A stretch of DNA of 61,505 nt from Catajapyx aquilonaris (lineage: Eukaryota), in the NCBI GenBank assembly GCA_000934665.2, contig JYFJ02002180.1:1-61505 (forward strand), in the 5' to 3' direction. The notes beneath the pieces were generated by a model that ran no database searches, was not told the origin of the DNA, and saw only the letters and a list, made by a program, of their open reading frames with translations. Positions 1 through 12,786 of the stretch are shown piece after piece. The position numbers and the translations under genes were made by a program. Positions within the stretch are counted from its first letter, which is position 1. Every line of letters starts with the position of its first letter.

Positions 1-999
1 CCATGTGGGAACAGGTGTGCGTATAGCGTGAGCAACCGCAGCAGCCTCTCATCTGGTTAACTGTGCCCGCCACACCTCTGCGTTACTCTCCTATACGTAC
101 ACACTTGGCTAAGGTTGTATACGTCCTTCTTTCAATTCTCCCGTGAACTAGGAACCCCTCAGGACTAATGGTAGAGGACCAAAATAAGTATGGCCGCGTC
201 AAGCTGTCAACTCCTGCATACGGTGATCTTCGATGCCTTACACAGGTGATACGAGGTGGGCCGGTTGACAAACTGAATGAGTTTTGTCCACTGGAATGTA
301 GTACGAAGGTCCAATAGGTGATATTGCAAGTTGAGCCGCACGCCTACATCTTGACGCATTTTGGAGGAAGCTTTGGGGCAAACTGTTCTGGGAATGTCAG
401 CCAAGTAACGTTGCCTAGCCAAACGGGGGCAGTATTGGCACGTGTATTTTGATGATGGGAGGGGGTGTCTCCTTGACGCCTCCGTTCCCATGTTACTTGC
501 CCGACACGCCTGGGTTGACCCCGAGTTGGGCATCTTGCGAGAAGCGAAGGCAAGAAGGGTCGTACTACCCCCATCTCCGCCTGTGTCACTGTGGGATACC
601 GAGATGTCAAGCTTGTCGAGAGAGCGAGACCCTGAGTTAACGAACAGCGGTTACTTGTTCCCAGACGCAGGGTGTTCACCCATTTACGCAGAAATTTTAT
701 AGGTAGTAAGGGCGCATCGCATTCTTATCCCACGCTCATCTGCCGCATGCACAGCTTAGCTCGCTGTGAGGGATGTGTGTTGGAGGGGAAGGTGATGGTG
801 TTCTGCTGGGGATCAATGTTTTTGGTTAATGGGGAACAGGGAACAAGTCAGGGGACAATTGAGCCATTTAGAGCTCTTGTTGTTTAAATTGGTAGGAGAT
901 TGTTGACATACTCAAAGGAGGAGCAACAACATCAAGTCTGACAATGTAACGTTTTGTTTAGTTTTTATTGTGTTGTTGTTATTTTGTTTTCATTTGGGT

Positions 1000-2516
1000 T
1001 TAATTAGCTTTGGAGGAGTCCATGGATGGCGAGTAAAAGTAGGAGCCGAGTGCCGAGACATGATGATAAACGTTGTTTGAATACATTTTGAAGATTGACC
1101 AAGGGGCCCAGGTTCACCTGAACAGTAAGCCAAAGGAATTTAGAGTCGTAACATTAGCTTCATGTTTCGAAGGGCTCTATCCGCCAGGACCTCCTAGTTA
1201 TTCAAGTTGTATAATCTTGATTTTGTACTTTGGGGTTTATAGTGTGCCATGTATTAGTGTGTGATTTAATCTTGTGTTAACTGCTGTACTTAGTAGCGGA
1301 AAAGGTGGAGAAAATTATTTTTGTTTCCAAACAAAACAGGGGTGATGTGAAATGTACTGGGGTATCTTTGTTTTGGGGGGAAAATGGCTGTTGGTGTCAA
1401 CCGCCGTTACAAAAGAGAATGCAACCCAGATAACACTGTTTGTTTTTCTTTAGCGGAAGTAGTAGTGACGATACGAAGTTGTAACCTTCGGATTCCGCCG
1501 TGTCAGTGTTATCACATCAGCTGTTTATGGAACGTGTAACTTGACTTTGAATTTTTTTAAGGCTTGCAGTTAGGGGCGAGTTTTTGTTTTAGCCGTAATT
1601 GTTTTGAGGAGTAGTTAATTGCCGGGACGTCAATTCTAAGGAAGAGGGATGTTACATTTAAGGCTAAAACCCTGTTTCTTTTCGGCAATTATATACGTTC
1701 TTCTAACGTTGTGCTGAAAGGGCTCTGACCTGAACTCTATTTAAGGGGGTTTGTGGTAGCATGAGTGCTCCACATCCAGGGCGAGTCATTCTTCTAACAC
1801 AGTGTGGATTCATGACCTTTTAGGCTGACCACACTGTTGCCCAACTATTCAGGATGACCTCATCTTGTTAGTTTCCCTCTGAGTAGTCAGCGGACCCTAT
1901 GAACCCGAAATACTGGGAAACATCCTTTTTCCAAGATCACGTTTCCTGTACACGTACTAAAGTCATGTGAATCCTGGAGGGCGGTGCTCTCAGGATTCTC
2001 ACGCCCTTTAACTTCCAGCCTGAGTTCCATAAATAGGGGATGGGTTACTAGAGAGGGGGCATTCGGAATTGGGGCAGTTTTCTATTCTGTACGAGAGTTG
2101 CGAGCACTTGGCTGTGACCAAGGAACTTGAACTTTGGGAGGGGAGTCGTTCGGTGGATGTCGGGGCGGACGGGCTTCGGCCACTGAAGACCTGAAGCCCT
2201 GACCAGACGCCCTACTCCGAGGAGGACGGTCACCATCCGTAGACATCGGGACATCTACCAGGATCAAGTCAGAGTCGACTAGGTGAGATGTCTACCCGCG
2301 AACATGGTTGTAGTGACAATAAATACCTGTGTTTGGTGGAACCCTGTTGTTGATGACTCCGTTATTCCCTGCTGAGCTCTTTATCCGTTAAATAGATCAG
2401 ACGGTACGGAATAGGAACCATAGCAGGTTGCCTATTCGCAGTAATTCGTAGTGGTACGCCCTCAGGCCAAGTTAACTTCAGTTAACTTAATCCTAATTAA
2501 CTACGAATCTACAACA
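1000..2516 (+). mobile_element. Degenerate LTR retrotransposon 3' end (Gypsy-like), with putative 3' LTR 1389-2516
   Basis: ORF 1073-1264 reads IDQGAQVHL...TLASCFEGLY, resembling a decayed integrase C-terminal KL...F.GPY motif. A purine tract GGGGGGAAAA (1375-1384) precedes TGTTG (1389), and the segment ends in CAACA (2516) with an internal AATAAA near 2318. No second LTR or intact pol lies in the window. Confidence 0.35.
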
Positions 2517-2752
2517 ATATAAAAATGAGAACAAAGACATTCCTTTCAATAAAAAGGTAGCAAGACCTCCGTGCCGGAATTAAATGCAAAGTAGGCCTAC
2601 TCTGTCATTTGTGTTTGAACATGCCTGTTTCCGAACATGCTTGTTGTTCATTCATCAGCCACTAATTAACACTAGATAATTATATCGTCAAGTTAAGGCA
2701 CTGACACAGTGGGCAACTGACAAGGGCAACTGACATCTTGCTGATAAAATAT

Positions 2753-4488
2753 TCATGATATCCCAATTGTCACATTTAGTGATGGTTCAAGTGGATGTTG
2801 TGTGGTTGCATCACTACTATCTTCAGCTCCCTTGAACTGCGCCAATATTATGAAATACGTGCAGATGGTGCCCAGGAGCTGCAACAGAGTGTGATTACTA
2901 ATTGAGTGTAGGAATATACTCAGAGAATGCCTAAATAGTTGACTTACCGAGGTGACCAACCCTTGTTTGATTGAGAAGAAGTGTGAGGCTGTGACTTGGA
3001 TGGGAGGACCCAACATCAGCTGTAGCATTGATCTGGCCTGAAATTTCCCCATGCAGGTTTAATATGCAGGCTGACACAACAATGAGATGACATAAATTCG
3101 GCTCATTTATCTGATTGCCATTACCAATGGTTATTTCATTGGATCCCGTCTATATCAACTGTATAATTATGTCAAAAGTGCCTCAAACATCAGCTGATAT
3201 ACTTGGAGGTTAGATGATCTGCACTTCAGACCCATCCCGCATTTTTTGACAATGATCCATAACAATTTCCAGGTAGGTCTCCCATGCAGAATTTTTATGA
3301 CTTACACATGTTATGTGGTTATTGTTGGAAGAATATGTTCGGATGCGCACCAGATCCGTTGCACTCTCTGCAGCCTGTGTTACAAGATAATCAATTATTA
3401 TTAATGAAACTCGTTTGTGAAGGGTATGTGTTTGTTTGCTGGTTTGTGGGTACGTTCAGCTTTGTTATACTTGTGAAAAGCGAGTTAATAGATTGGAGTC
3501 TCACCTTGACAGATATATTACCCAGAAGCATTGTGAGTAGAAGAACACTGGCGGAATTGATCACGATGTACAGAGTATTTGCCGTGGCATCTAACGCGCT
3601 TATGGTAGGTCCATATGAATAGACCACGTAGTACAGGATAGAGATGGTGTCCAGGAGAAAAGCGGAGTATCTGACAGTCAGAATGTAGCCGTACACCTTT
3701 CCAAATTCCTCCATGGCGTCGCACAGATCAACAAAATTCTTGCAGGCCAAATCGAGATCCTGCGTGGATCCAGAATTGGAGTCTTTATCGGTCGGAGTTT
3801 CTATGTCCCCACACACGCTGTGTACTATGGTGTTGACTCTTCCGAAGCAGTTCCGGAGAGCCAGAGCAAAGAAACACACTTGGGTCATCGTCAAGGTGAT
3901 GACGTATGAGCTTTGCGTCAGCAGAAACATGAGCAACACATCAGACGGGGAAGCATCCCTTGATATTATCTCAATGTAAAATGGTATCCAGGAAAGAAGC
4001 GTCACAGTGGTAACACACAGGCAGCCAATGACAAGAATGCATGATTGTTGTCTTAGCCTTGAGTTTGTGTCTGTTTCAACCAGCAAGTTCCCAGTAATGG
4101 TGGCTATTCTCTCCAAGAATCTATGTATGTCTCCCGCCTTGCCCTGAATTATTATGAAGGTTGCCAGAGGAAACAAGAGTTGTGCTGCGTACATTATTGT
4201 ACTGCTGCACGTTGACGTGGTATCGCTTTTAATGAATGTCAGCCACGATGAAGGAGGTGACGCAAAGCAGTAAACGTAGCAGAATAGGAATGCGAATCCG
4301 TTGAGAAAAAAAGGCCACCTTAGCCACCAAGTCCCACGTTTTGTAGATTCCATTCTTATGAAGGAAACAGGCAGCATCCCTCCAACCACTGAGGACACTG
4401 CGATGGGCTGGAATGCCCACTTCACTGACTTCTTTTTTGGAGGAATCCACGCCTTCCTGGGTATGTTCACAGACACTTGATCCTGCAT
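2753..4488 (-). CDS. Gustatory receptor (7tm_7 family) GR-1, ~422 aa
   Basis: Exons 4488-3505, 3374-3306, 3037-2948, 2878-2753, with three phase-0 GT-AG introns near the 3' end. Multi-TM first exon and the TM7 signature TYFIILAQF (TYxxxLxQF). Confidence 0.92.
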
Positions 4489-5001
4489 GTTTAGGAACAC
4501 TCTAATACTCTGCACCAACACCAAGCAGTAGTCGTCATCGCAATGATTTTACCTCCTGTTTTACTGGTCGTCAACAACAATTCTCTTGCCCAAGGGATAC
4601 ATTGTGTAATATCTAGATGCATTTCATTTTTGCGTGAGAAATAGTGCCAGTTAGGCGCTCAATTATTCAGTGATGGTTCAATAACTTCTTGACTATACAG
4701 TTCCTGTGTACACATGTTGTGCAAGTCTGTTTATTATTGCCAGACTGATGCAAAGAGTATAGTAAATCACCATATTTATTATTAAACATTGCACACTTTA
4801 CTGTAGGAGTGCTCACATAGTGGCATAAAAAATTCTTTGCGAATAATAAGAACACAGCGGGAAAATGACGTGAGTTTATAAAATAGACATCAAATTAACG
4901 ATGGTTTTATTGCCAACAAATATTCTCAAATCTACAACATATTGCACGACAACAATTTGCAACTATTTTGAAGCTCCCTGTTAGCCCAGCATGCACCTAA
5001 C

Positions 5002-6531
5002 CTAAACAGTGGCATTTCGAGCCGCATCTCCTTCTCCGGCTCCCTTGAACTGTGCCAGGATAATAAAGTATGTGGTTATGGTGCCCAACATCTGAAAGGT
5101 CGCATCTTAATAGACAGATCAAGAGAGAATGTGACAACAATACTCACGGACGTAACTAGCCCCTGCTTGATGGAAAAGAAATGAGAGGCTGTGATTTGGA
5201 CTGGAGAGACCAATATTAGCTGAAGCATAGACTCAGCCTGGAATAATATAATGATACTGGTTACTACTTGCTAGGCTTATGATGCGGTGCACTGACTCTG
5301 AGTAACATCACTCTATGCTTACATGAATCACTTGGCTCCTGTTGGAAGAATATGTCCGGATTCGAACCAAATCAACTGAACTCCCGCTGGCCTTTGTTCA
5401 GAGCAAGCAAAAGTCAGTGTCATTAATTAATTAATTAATTAATTGAATCAACAATTCTGACACATATATGTTATTTCAGCCAACAATACTTACCTCGACT
5501 GACACTTGACCCAATAGAAGCGTTAGGAAGAGCACAGCACAAGTATTGCTCACAAGGTACAGAATATTTGTAATGATTTCCATCGTGCCTAAAATGTCCT
5601 TAGCTGTGTACACCATGTAGTACAAGATGGAAATGGTGCCTAGTAAAAACGCGCCGTATCTAACAGCCAGAATGTGTCCGTATATCTTCCCAAATTCATC
5701 CGCCGCCTCGCAAAGTTCCGCAAAATTCTTGCACGCCACATCCAGCCCTTCATGTGGTGAAAAAGCCCAAACGACACTTCCGGGGCGTGGTGTCATGCTG
5801 TGACACGTCCGATGCACTATGTCGTTGACTCCTCTGAAGCAGTTCTTCATGGCCAGAGCGAAGAAACACATTTGCGCCAAGGGCATGTTCAGCATGTAAG
5901 AGCTATGGGTCAACACATACACGAAAAAATAGTCTCCCGTCTCTGGGGTGCTACCTTCAAACTCCATCAGAAGGACCATCCAAGACAACGGTGATGTGCA
6001 TACAACGCAAAGAGTACTGACCACCAGAAAGTAGGACGCATTTCGTAGCTTCAGGTTCGTCTCAGGTTTGGACAACAACTCCAAATCGACCGAGTTAATT
6101 GTCTTCAAGAATCTGTGTATCTCTGGAGTCTTTCGTAGAATCAGTACGAAGGTGACTAAAGGAAGCAAGAGCTGTGCACTGTACATTATTGCGTCGCTGG
6201 ACATTGTTGTCGAATCTGACAGGAAGTATACCCAAGGTCTGGGTGTTGAGACAAAGAAGAAGTAAGAGTAGCAGAAAAGAAGGATAAATCCGTTTAGAAG
6301 AGTAGGCCAGTGTCGGTATAAGCATGTCTTACGTAGTGTCGATCCACGTCTGACGAAATAAGTAGGCAGCATCCCACCAACCACTGACAACACTGCGATC
6401 GGCAGAAATGCCCACTTCACTGACTTCTTTTTAGGAGGAATCCGAGCACTTTTAGACACGTCCCCTACTCTACCCTCCATGATCTGTTTTGCCAGGCTAC
6501 CTGTGACAGTATGCAAAAACGAATGTGTCAT
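5002..6531 (-). CDS. Gustatory receptor GR-2, ~428 aa (alternative start 6480)
   Basis: Exons 6531-5494, 5391-5323, 5237-5148, 5091-5002. Shares PPKKKSVKWAFxPIAVxSVVGGMLP with GR-1 and has TYFIILAQF. Confidence 0.92.
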
Positions 6532-6930
6532 TGCAGAGCAACACGACACCACAAGCCTTCACTTACCGATATGATGACATTTGCAATATGCATGAGTAGC
6601 GATGGTTATATACGCGATACGTGCCAGTTATCGATCAAGGGATAATAAATGAGTCTCTTGAGGGGAGATAGCTGTTAATATTTCAGAAGCGCACATGGAC
6701 CTATTTATTTCACCTGGGCTTGTCGTGCATAGAGCAAGGACCAATAAACCCGTAGTATCAAGTTAAGGCAATGCCATCATCATATGATGCATAATCATGG
6801 CACTTCTTTTGATTATAAAATCATTCGTTGGTTGACCGAGGCTTCAGATGCGCAATGGGAGGAGGCAGTGCCTCTGGTGGGTTGGAGTAGGAAATATTCA
6901 TTTGCTTGTTGTCGGCGAGTTCGTATTATT

Positions 6931-8871
6931 TTAAGCTTTCAAAATATTGAATTTTGCCCGTGAACAGAACAGTTGAAACTGCAAGTGGCACACAATTTCT
7001 TTTATAAAAACTACAACTGCAAGGCACAACCCAATGGACAAGATGAAAAAATGACCCCACAACCTTCTCAGTGAAAACACCACCCTTCCTTCCTCATCAT
7101 TAAATATTTGATCCCGTCTTCTGGCTTGAGCCGCATCCAACAATCTTCTGTGCTCCATCAGCCTGACTCTTTTCTCTTCCAATCCAATGCTGTAGAAGAT
7201 GTGTAGCCAGTAGTTCCAGTTCTCCGAATAAATAGATCCTTTCATAAGCAAAACTGCGTCATACACAATGGCTCCGTAATCATGGGATATAAAAGCTATG
7301 TCATGTCCGTACACATCCAAACGATTCAATGACTCCTTCAACCACCTGGTGGTTTCCATGCAGACATTGTCTTCAGTGACTATGTTCCGGTAACACTCTT
7401 CCCAATCTGCCACTGATTCTATCCTGTCACATAAAATTTGGAAAGGGTCATCCTCTTCAAATTCAAAACTACTCTTTAACAACAGGTAAATGTCATCTGG
7501 CATTTTTATACTGAAACTAGAATGCATCAATTCCTCGAAGGTCTCAGGAACATCCTCCGTCGGTGGGAAAGTCAGGAGAGTGTACAGTTTGGAACAGTAA
7601 ACTGTGGTCATGACCATCGCAAAATAAATCCAGGTCATTGCAAAAACCTTGGACGCTGGACGATCAGGAAATGGGGCGCTCTCTTCTACAGTCACTTTTA
7701 CAAGGTAGTGAATGTACGAATTAAGTGAAGCAAGGTAACTGGCCTTGTCCGGAAACAAGTTCTGATGATTTATATTAGCAAGCACTACTAAAGTGAGACT
7801 TGAAATGAACAACGAAGATGCAATCAAAAACCAAGTTCCGAATGTGAAGGGCAAAATTGCAATTATTGCTATTCTTTTCTCGAGTGGAGTTCTAACCATA
7901 AATGTCAGTCTCTCACTCGTGTAAGGGGCTATTACATCGCCAATCGCATTTATAAACTCTATGACTGGCATCTCCGAGAGGATATTTATTCTGCCTCGTA
8001 TAATGTCGTCCACAAACTCATTGATCGCAGACATATTGTTAAGCATTGAGGCAAAATCGACTCGAGAGATGTTCCAAGTGAAGTTCAATGCTGTTCCTAA
8101 GAAACACATTTGAATGCTCCTGGACGTTGCATTACACTCTAAATTACTCTCGTGAAATGCGTTCACAGATTGCAAAAATTTACCATGAAAGATTTTGGCC
8201 GTGTCCTTGAATATTATTTTGTTTGTATAGGAAATATTTTCGGACTGTAACATTGTCGACTCAACTGTTGGGTTCCCTTCGTTGCAGAAATAGCAAACGG
8301 AATGTGCCAGCAAAGAATTGTTTCTAACCGAGTTGATCATCACTTTGTACTTGATTTTAGACAGTGACTGCTCAAGAAGAACATCGACGTCCTTGTCATC
8401 CCTCATCCACAACACAAATCTGTCTCTAGTACGTTTCACCACCAGAATGGCCTGTTCCGCTTCCAAGATCTCCTCCACGAAATCTTCGTAGTTGGACGAA
8501 CATGCCACAACCAGATGCACTGCACATTTGGCCAGCTTCTCCTTTGGGTCCAGTTCTAAACCGGTGTGTGAAGTTGATTCCTCAGGATCGCAGGTCCAAG
8601 TGTTGCCGCCTGAGTTCGACTTAGAGACAAGCACAGGTCGTCCAAGAAAAGACATGTTTGTCAACAGAGTCTCGAGAGATTTTGGCAGAGCACCTGCAAC
8701 ATCATGATGCACAACCAGAGAACACTCCTCTTGTTCATCCTCCTTCAGAAGATTCCACATGAACTGAGCCTCTTCACAAGTCTCTCTGACCCTCCTCGTA
8801 TGAATCTGTGTATGACCTAATACCATTGCCAGTAACAAGGTGGATACACAGCAAGTGAAAGTGAGAGGCAT
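6931..8871 (-). CDS. Divergent ionotropic receptor (IR), intronless, ~646 aa
   Basis: Single ORF with a likely start at ATG 8871 and a signal-like MPLTFTCCVSTLLLAMVLG. IR hallmarks: LTFMVRTP...LPFTFGTW (pre-M1/M1), WIYFAMVMTTVYCSKLYTLLTFP..ETFEEL (M3/S2), and LWGHFFILSIGLCLAVVVFIKE (last TM). Confidence 0.88.
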   Translation of the reverse strand: MPLTFTCCVSTLLLAMVLGHTQIHTRRVRETCEEAQFMWNLLKEDEQEECSLVVHHDVAGALPKSLETLLTNMSFLGRPVLVSKSNSGGNTWTCDPEESTSHTGLELDPKEKLAKCAVHLVVACSSNYEDFVEEILEAEQAILVVKRTRDRFVLWMRDDKDVDVLLEQSLSKIKYKVMINSVRNNSLLAHSVCYFCNEGNPTVESTMLQSENISYTNKIIFKDTAKIFHGKFLQSVNAFHESNLECNATSRSIQMCFLGTALNFTWNISRVDFASMLNNMSAINEFVDDIIRGRINILSEMPVIEFINAIGDVIAPYTSERLTFMVRTPLEKRIAIIAILPFTFGTWFLIASSLFISSLTLVVLANINHQNLFPDKASYLASLNSYIHYLVKVTVEESAPFPDRPASKVFAMTWIYFAMVMTTVYCSKLYTLLTFPPTEDVPETFEELMHSSFSIKMPDDIYLLLKSSFEFEEDDPFQILCDRIESVADWEECYRNIVTEDNVCMETTRWLKESLNRLDVYGHDIAFISHDYGAIVYDAVLLMKGSIYSENWNYWLHIFYSIGLEEKRVRLMEHRRLLDAAQARRRDQIFNDEEGRVVFSLRRLWGHFFILSIGLCLAVVVFIKEIVCHLQFQLFCSRAKFNILKA

Positions 8872-9079
8872 ATTTATATAATAATACTTGTAATTACTGT
8901 TGTATGAGGTAAGAGGTCCACTTGTGACAATATACATAGCTACATGCACTTTAGTAGAGAAAGGTTGACAATAATAATTCCTCTACTTGAGGAGCTGAGA
9001 TGTGAAGGACTGCTCTACATTGGCAAAACTGACTCGCCGTAAGGAAACAAAATGGGATAAGACATCATCGGATTACAAG

Positions 9080-9300
9080 TTAGGGCTTCAAGGGATAGAC
9101 CTGAATATCACGTTCGAAAGGAGGTTCGCCATCGCTGTTGACAAAGACCGGTGCGATTTCATTGGCTGTCGGATCGTTATAGCGGCGCTGGTCGGAATGA
9201 CGGTCTCGTCGGAAGACCAGGTTTACCACAGGAAGATCTAGACCTGCCTCTTTGGCTTGCAGAATCGCCTGAGCTTCAAATTCCCGAAGCATGCGATACG
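9080..9300 (-). mobile_element. Helitron Rep/helicase coding fragment
   Basis: Translation DRHSDQRRYNDPTANEIAPVFVNSDGEPPFERDI matches the Helitron RRYN.PT..EIA.VF...DGEPP..RD motif. Isolated ~70-codon piece. Confidence 0.75.
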
Positions 9301-9399
9301 TGTCAGAGAGTCGATTAGGAGCCTGAAGAAGCGGTCGATCTGATCATTGGCGGGATGATGAACTCGCATTTCCGTAGCTTGTGTGCTGTCGATGACGTA

Positions 9400-9400
<1 letters not shown>

Positions 9401-9444
<44 letters not shown>

Positions 9445-9550
9445 GAGGAGTAGTAGGAGTAGTAGGAGTAGTAGTAGTAGTAGTAGTAGTATTTATTCCT
9501 TTTACCCAGGTAGGCTGCCGCCTTTACATGGAGGGGGGGGGGCGGTCCCC
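9401..9550 (-). repeat. (TAG)n microsatellite, probably the 3' tail of a 5'-truncated non-LTR retroelement
   Basis: About 30 TAG/GAG units at 9401-9489. On the minus strand AATAAA is followed directly by the (CTA)n run, after a short GC-rich body. Confidence 0.6.
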
Positions 9551-9782
9551 GTGGTATTAACACACTCACACACAGCTAATCCTGATTTTTATATTTTATA
9601 TGCCAGTATTTTGCAACTACGAATAGATGACAAAATAATATTTTCCACTACACTATTGTCAGTTCTTTTGACTTGTTTCAGCACTGGTATTACGTATTTA
9701 ATAATATTTTGGAGGAAAATACATTTCTGTCAAATAACTGCATAATAATTATTATTTATTATATTGTCACTGCGGCCAAGAT

Positions 9783-10765
9783 CTAAATTGTCACGTTAAA
9801 TCCAAGAGTGGTGAGAGTCGTTGTGTCCTCGTGTTCAGCTCCTTTGAACTGCACCAGGATGATGAAATAAGTACAGATGGTGCCCAGAAGCTGAAGGAGA
9901 GTGTGATAATTTCTTCAGCGGAGGAACAGACACAGAGAATGATTAAATAAGTGACTTACTGAGGTGACTAGCCCTTGTTTGATGGAGAAGAAATGCGAGG
10001 CAGTGACTTGGATGGGAGTACCAAACATCAGCTGGAGCATAGAGTTGGCCTGAAAAATGCTCCATGTTTAATTTGCAGTATGACACAACAATGCATTTTT
10101 CACTTACCCAGTTTACTTCTTTGGGGTTGGAAGAATACGTTCGGATGCGCACCAGATCCGTTGCATTCTTTGTAGCCTGTGTTTGAAATCAATGAATGGT
10201 TTTAATGATCTATTTATTACCTGTTTGCACATGGACTTTTCTTACTCCTAGTATATTTCATGTCTTTCTTTCGCTTATGGAGAGATATTCCACTTCTACA
10301 AGTAAGACATGGTGTGTTATTTACTACAAATGCTTTTCCTGGCCACAAAGCTTTTTGACACGTATATTGTTCACTGTACCAATCCGACATAAACTTGTGA
10401 AAATCGAGTGAATGGGATTGAAGGCTTACCTCGACGGATATATTACCCAGAAGAACGGTGAGTACAAGAACACTAGCTGCATTGCTCATCAGGTACAGAG
10501 TGTTTGCAGTGATATCCAACACTTTTAAGTTAGCTCCAGCAAGATAGATTAAATCGTACAGAAAGGTAATGGTGTCCAGGAGAAACGCTGTGTATCTGAC
10601 CGTCAGCATGTGGCCGTACACCTTTCCAAATTCATCTACTGCGTCGCAATGATCTACAAAATTCTGGCAGGCCAAATCCAGTATATCCTTAAAATTGGGA
10701 CTTGTCGGAGTTTTCATATTGCTGCATACACGGTGCACAATGGTGTTTACTCTTCTGAAGCTTTT
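9783..10765 (-). pseudogene. 5'-truncated gustatory receptor GR-3
   Basis: Homology to the other GRs starts abruptly at KSFRRVNTIVH (~10765), so roughly the first 210-230 codons are missing. The remaining exons (~10765-10430, 10176-10108, 10049-9960, 9890-9783) are open with intact splice sites and TYFIILVQF. Confidence 0.8.
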
Positions 10766-10846
10766 AACACATATATCGTCAAGATAAGGCACTGTCAATA
10801 TTCTGTCTTGCACCCGTCACTGTTCCTTGTTGCGAAGAGGGTTGAT

Positions 10847-12232
10847 TCACCTTGTGGATGATTCACCAGGCAGCTCTGCTCCTTTGAATTGCGCCAGAAT
10901 AATGAAGTAAGTACATATGGTGCCCACCATCTGAAACGAAAGACAACGTGAGAACATGCCAACTCACAAGTCGTGACAGCTGACAGGACAATATTCTATC
11001 TTACGGAGGTGACAAGCCCTTGTTTGATTGAGAAGAAGTGCGAGGCAGTGATTTGGATAGGAGGACCCAACATCAGCTGGAGCATGGACTTGGCCTGGAG
11101 TCGCAATGAATATGTTAAATCTAAATGTAAGACAGAAAGACAACAATAAAAAAATTGCTTACGTAGGTCACTTGCGTTTTGTTGGCAGAACAGGTCCGAA
11201 TGCGAACCAGATCCGTTGCACTCTCGCAGGCCTTTGTTACGAAAAAATATATTATTCAAATTGAACACTGGGTATCGCCGAACTTACCTCAACAGGTATT
11301 TGACCCAATAAAATCGTAAGCACAATCAAAGACGCCATGTTTCCCACAAGGTACACAATGTTGGTCACAATATCAAATGTCTTTAACGTATCACCTCCTA
11401 AGAAGACGAGGTAGTACAAAGAAGTTATAATGTCCAACAGAAACGCGGCGTATCTCACAACCAGGATATGTCCATAAACCTTCCCAAAATCCTGGGCCAA
11501 GTTGCAAAGCTCAGTAAAATTCCTACATGCTACTTCCAGAGACTCTACGTCACTTCCAGGAGTCTGCACACCATCACCTGCCCGATGCACAATAACATTG
11601 ACACCTTTGAAGCAGTTCTTGAGACCCAAAGCAAAGAAACACACTTGGGCAACAGGCAGGTACAAAATGAAGAAGCTGTGAGTCAGAAGAAACACGAGGG
11701 CCATATCCTCTGGCATAATGCTCTTCCTTGATTTCTCCATATAAGGTGCTAACCATGAAAAAAAGCTTCCACTCACAATCCATATGCTGGAAATTGCTAA
11801 AAGACACGAATAATTTCTAAGCCTTCTGTTGTCCTCTGTTATCGATAAGTCTATTTGTACACAACTGATTCGCTCTAAGAGCTTCTCAATGTCGCCCATC
11901 TTGGCCTGTATCAGCAGAAAAGTGAGTGCAGGAAGCAAGAGTTGTGCCACGTACATTATTGCGTCATTGACCATTGTTGTGGTGTCTGATTTGAGGAACA
12001 TCACCCAAGAGTTAGGTACGGAAATGGAGCAGTATATGTAGCAGAAAATGAGTACAAATCCGTTCAGAAAAGCGGGCCACTGTCGTGTCCATTGACGTCT
12101 TATGGTGGACACTGGCAGCATCCCTCCAACCACTGAGGTCACTGCGATTGGTCGAAATGCCCACTTCAAGTCCATCTTCTTAGGAGGAACCCAGGCTCTC
12201 CTGGGGACACTCATTGGGGTGTCTCCTAACAT
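10847..12232 (-). CDS. Gustatory receptor GR-4, ~395 aa
   Basis: Exons 12232-11288, 11231-11163, 11094-11005, 10930-10847; TYFIILAQF. In-frame upstream ATGs exist, so the start is uncertain. Confidence 0.9.
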
Positions 12233-12786
12233 GTCAAGGCGTGTCTGTTGAATGATGTAGCTGCTGCAGGCAACATTGTTTGCACTTTGTGCTGGGTGTG
12301 TCTCACTGCTAGTGACGCAACCATCGTTATTCGATACTTTGCATATATTTCTTTCTCTTAGGAGTGATTCATAACCTGTACTGTACAATGGCTTAAAATA
12401 TGACTTTGCAACTGACATTATGCTGATCATCATATCCAAATTGTCACATTATTTTGGTGAGGCTGCTGTTGCATTGGCGTGGGGATCTTCTGTAGTAAAA
12501 TTGTAGCAGTACCTACGAAATTCCAATACTTATTATTATTGGATTTCTGTTCGTCAATAATTCATTACTTTAAGTCCATTCCTGTCCAATAATGAAAGTG
12601 GACGTTGTTCGGAATTAATCAAGTCCCAATTGATTTCCTTTACAGGGAACTGAGAAATGGCTGCCATCACGGATATTATGGCGCAATAAATTTTATTGTC
12701 CTATAGGAGTTATAGTATACACTCAGCTATTTTAGCAAATATAGGCATGTACAACAAGCACTGTGTGTTTTGAATAATAGCAGGAC

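Noticed and set aside
207..702. Overlapping ORFs, including LLAFASRKM reminiscent of Gypsy RNase H on the minus strand
   Set aside because: Too short, frame-broken and opposite in orientation to the putative integrase and LTR signal; not assignable.
9315..9569. Poly-Tyr ORF
   Set aside because: Translation of the (TAG)n microsatellite.
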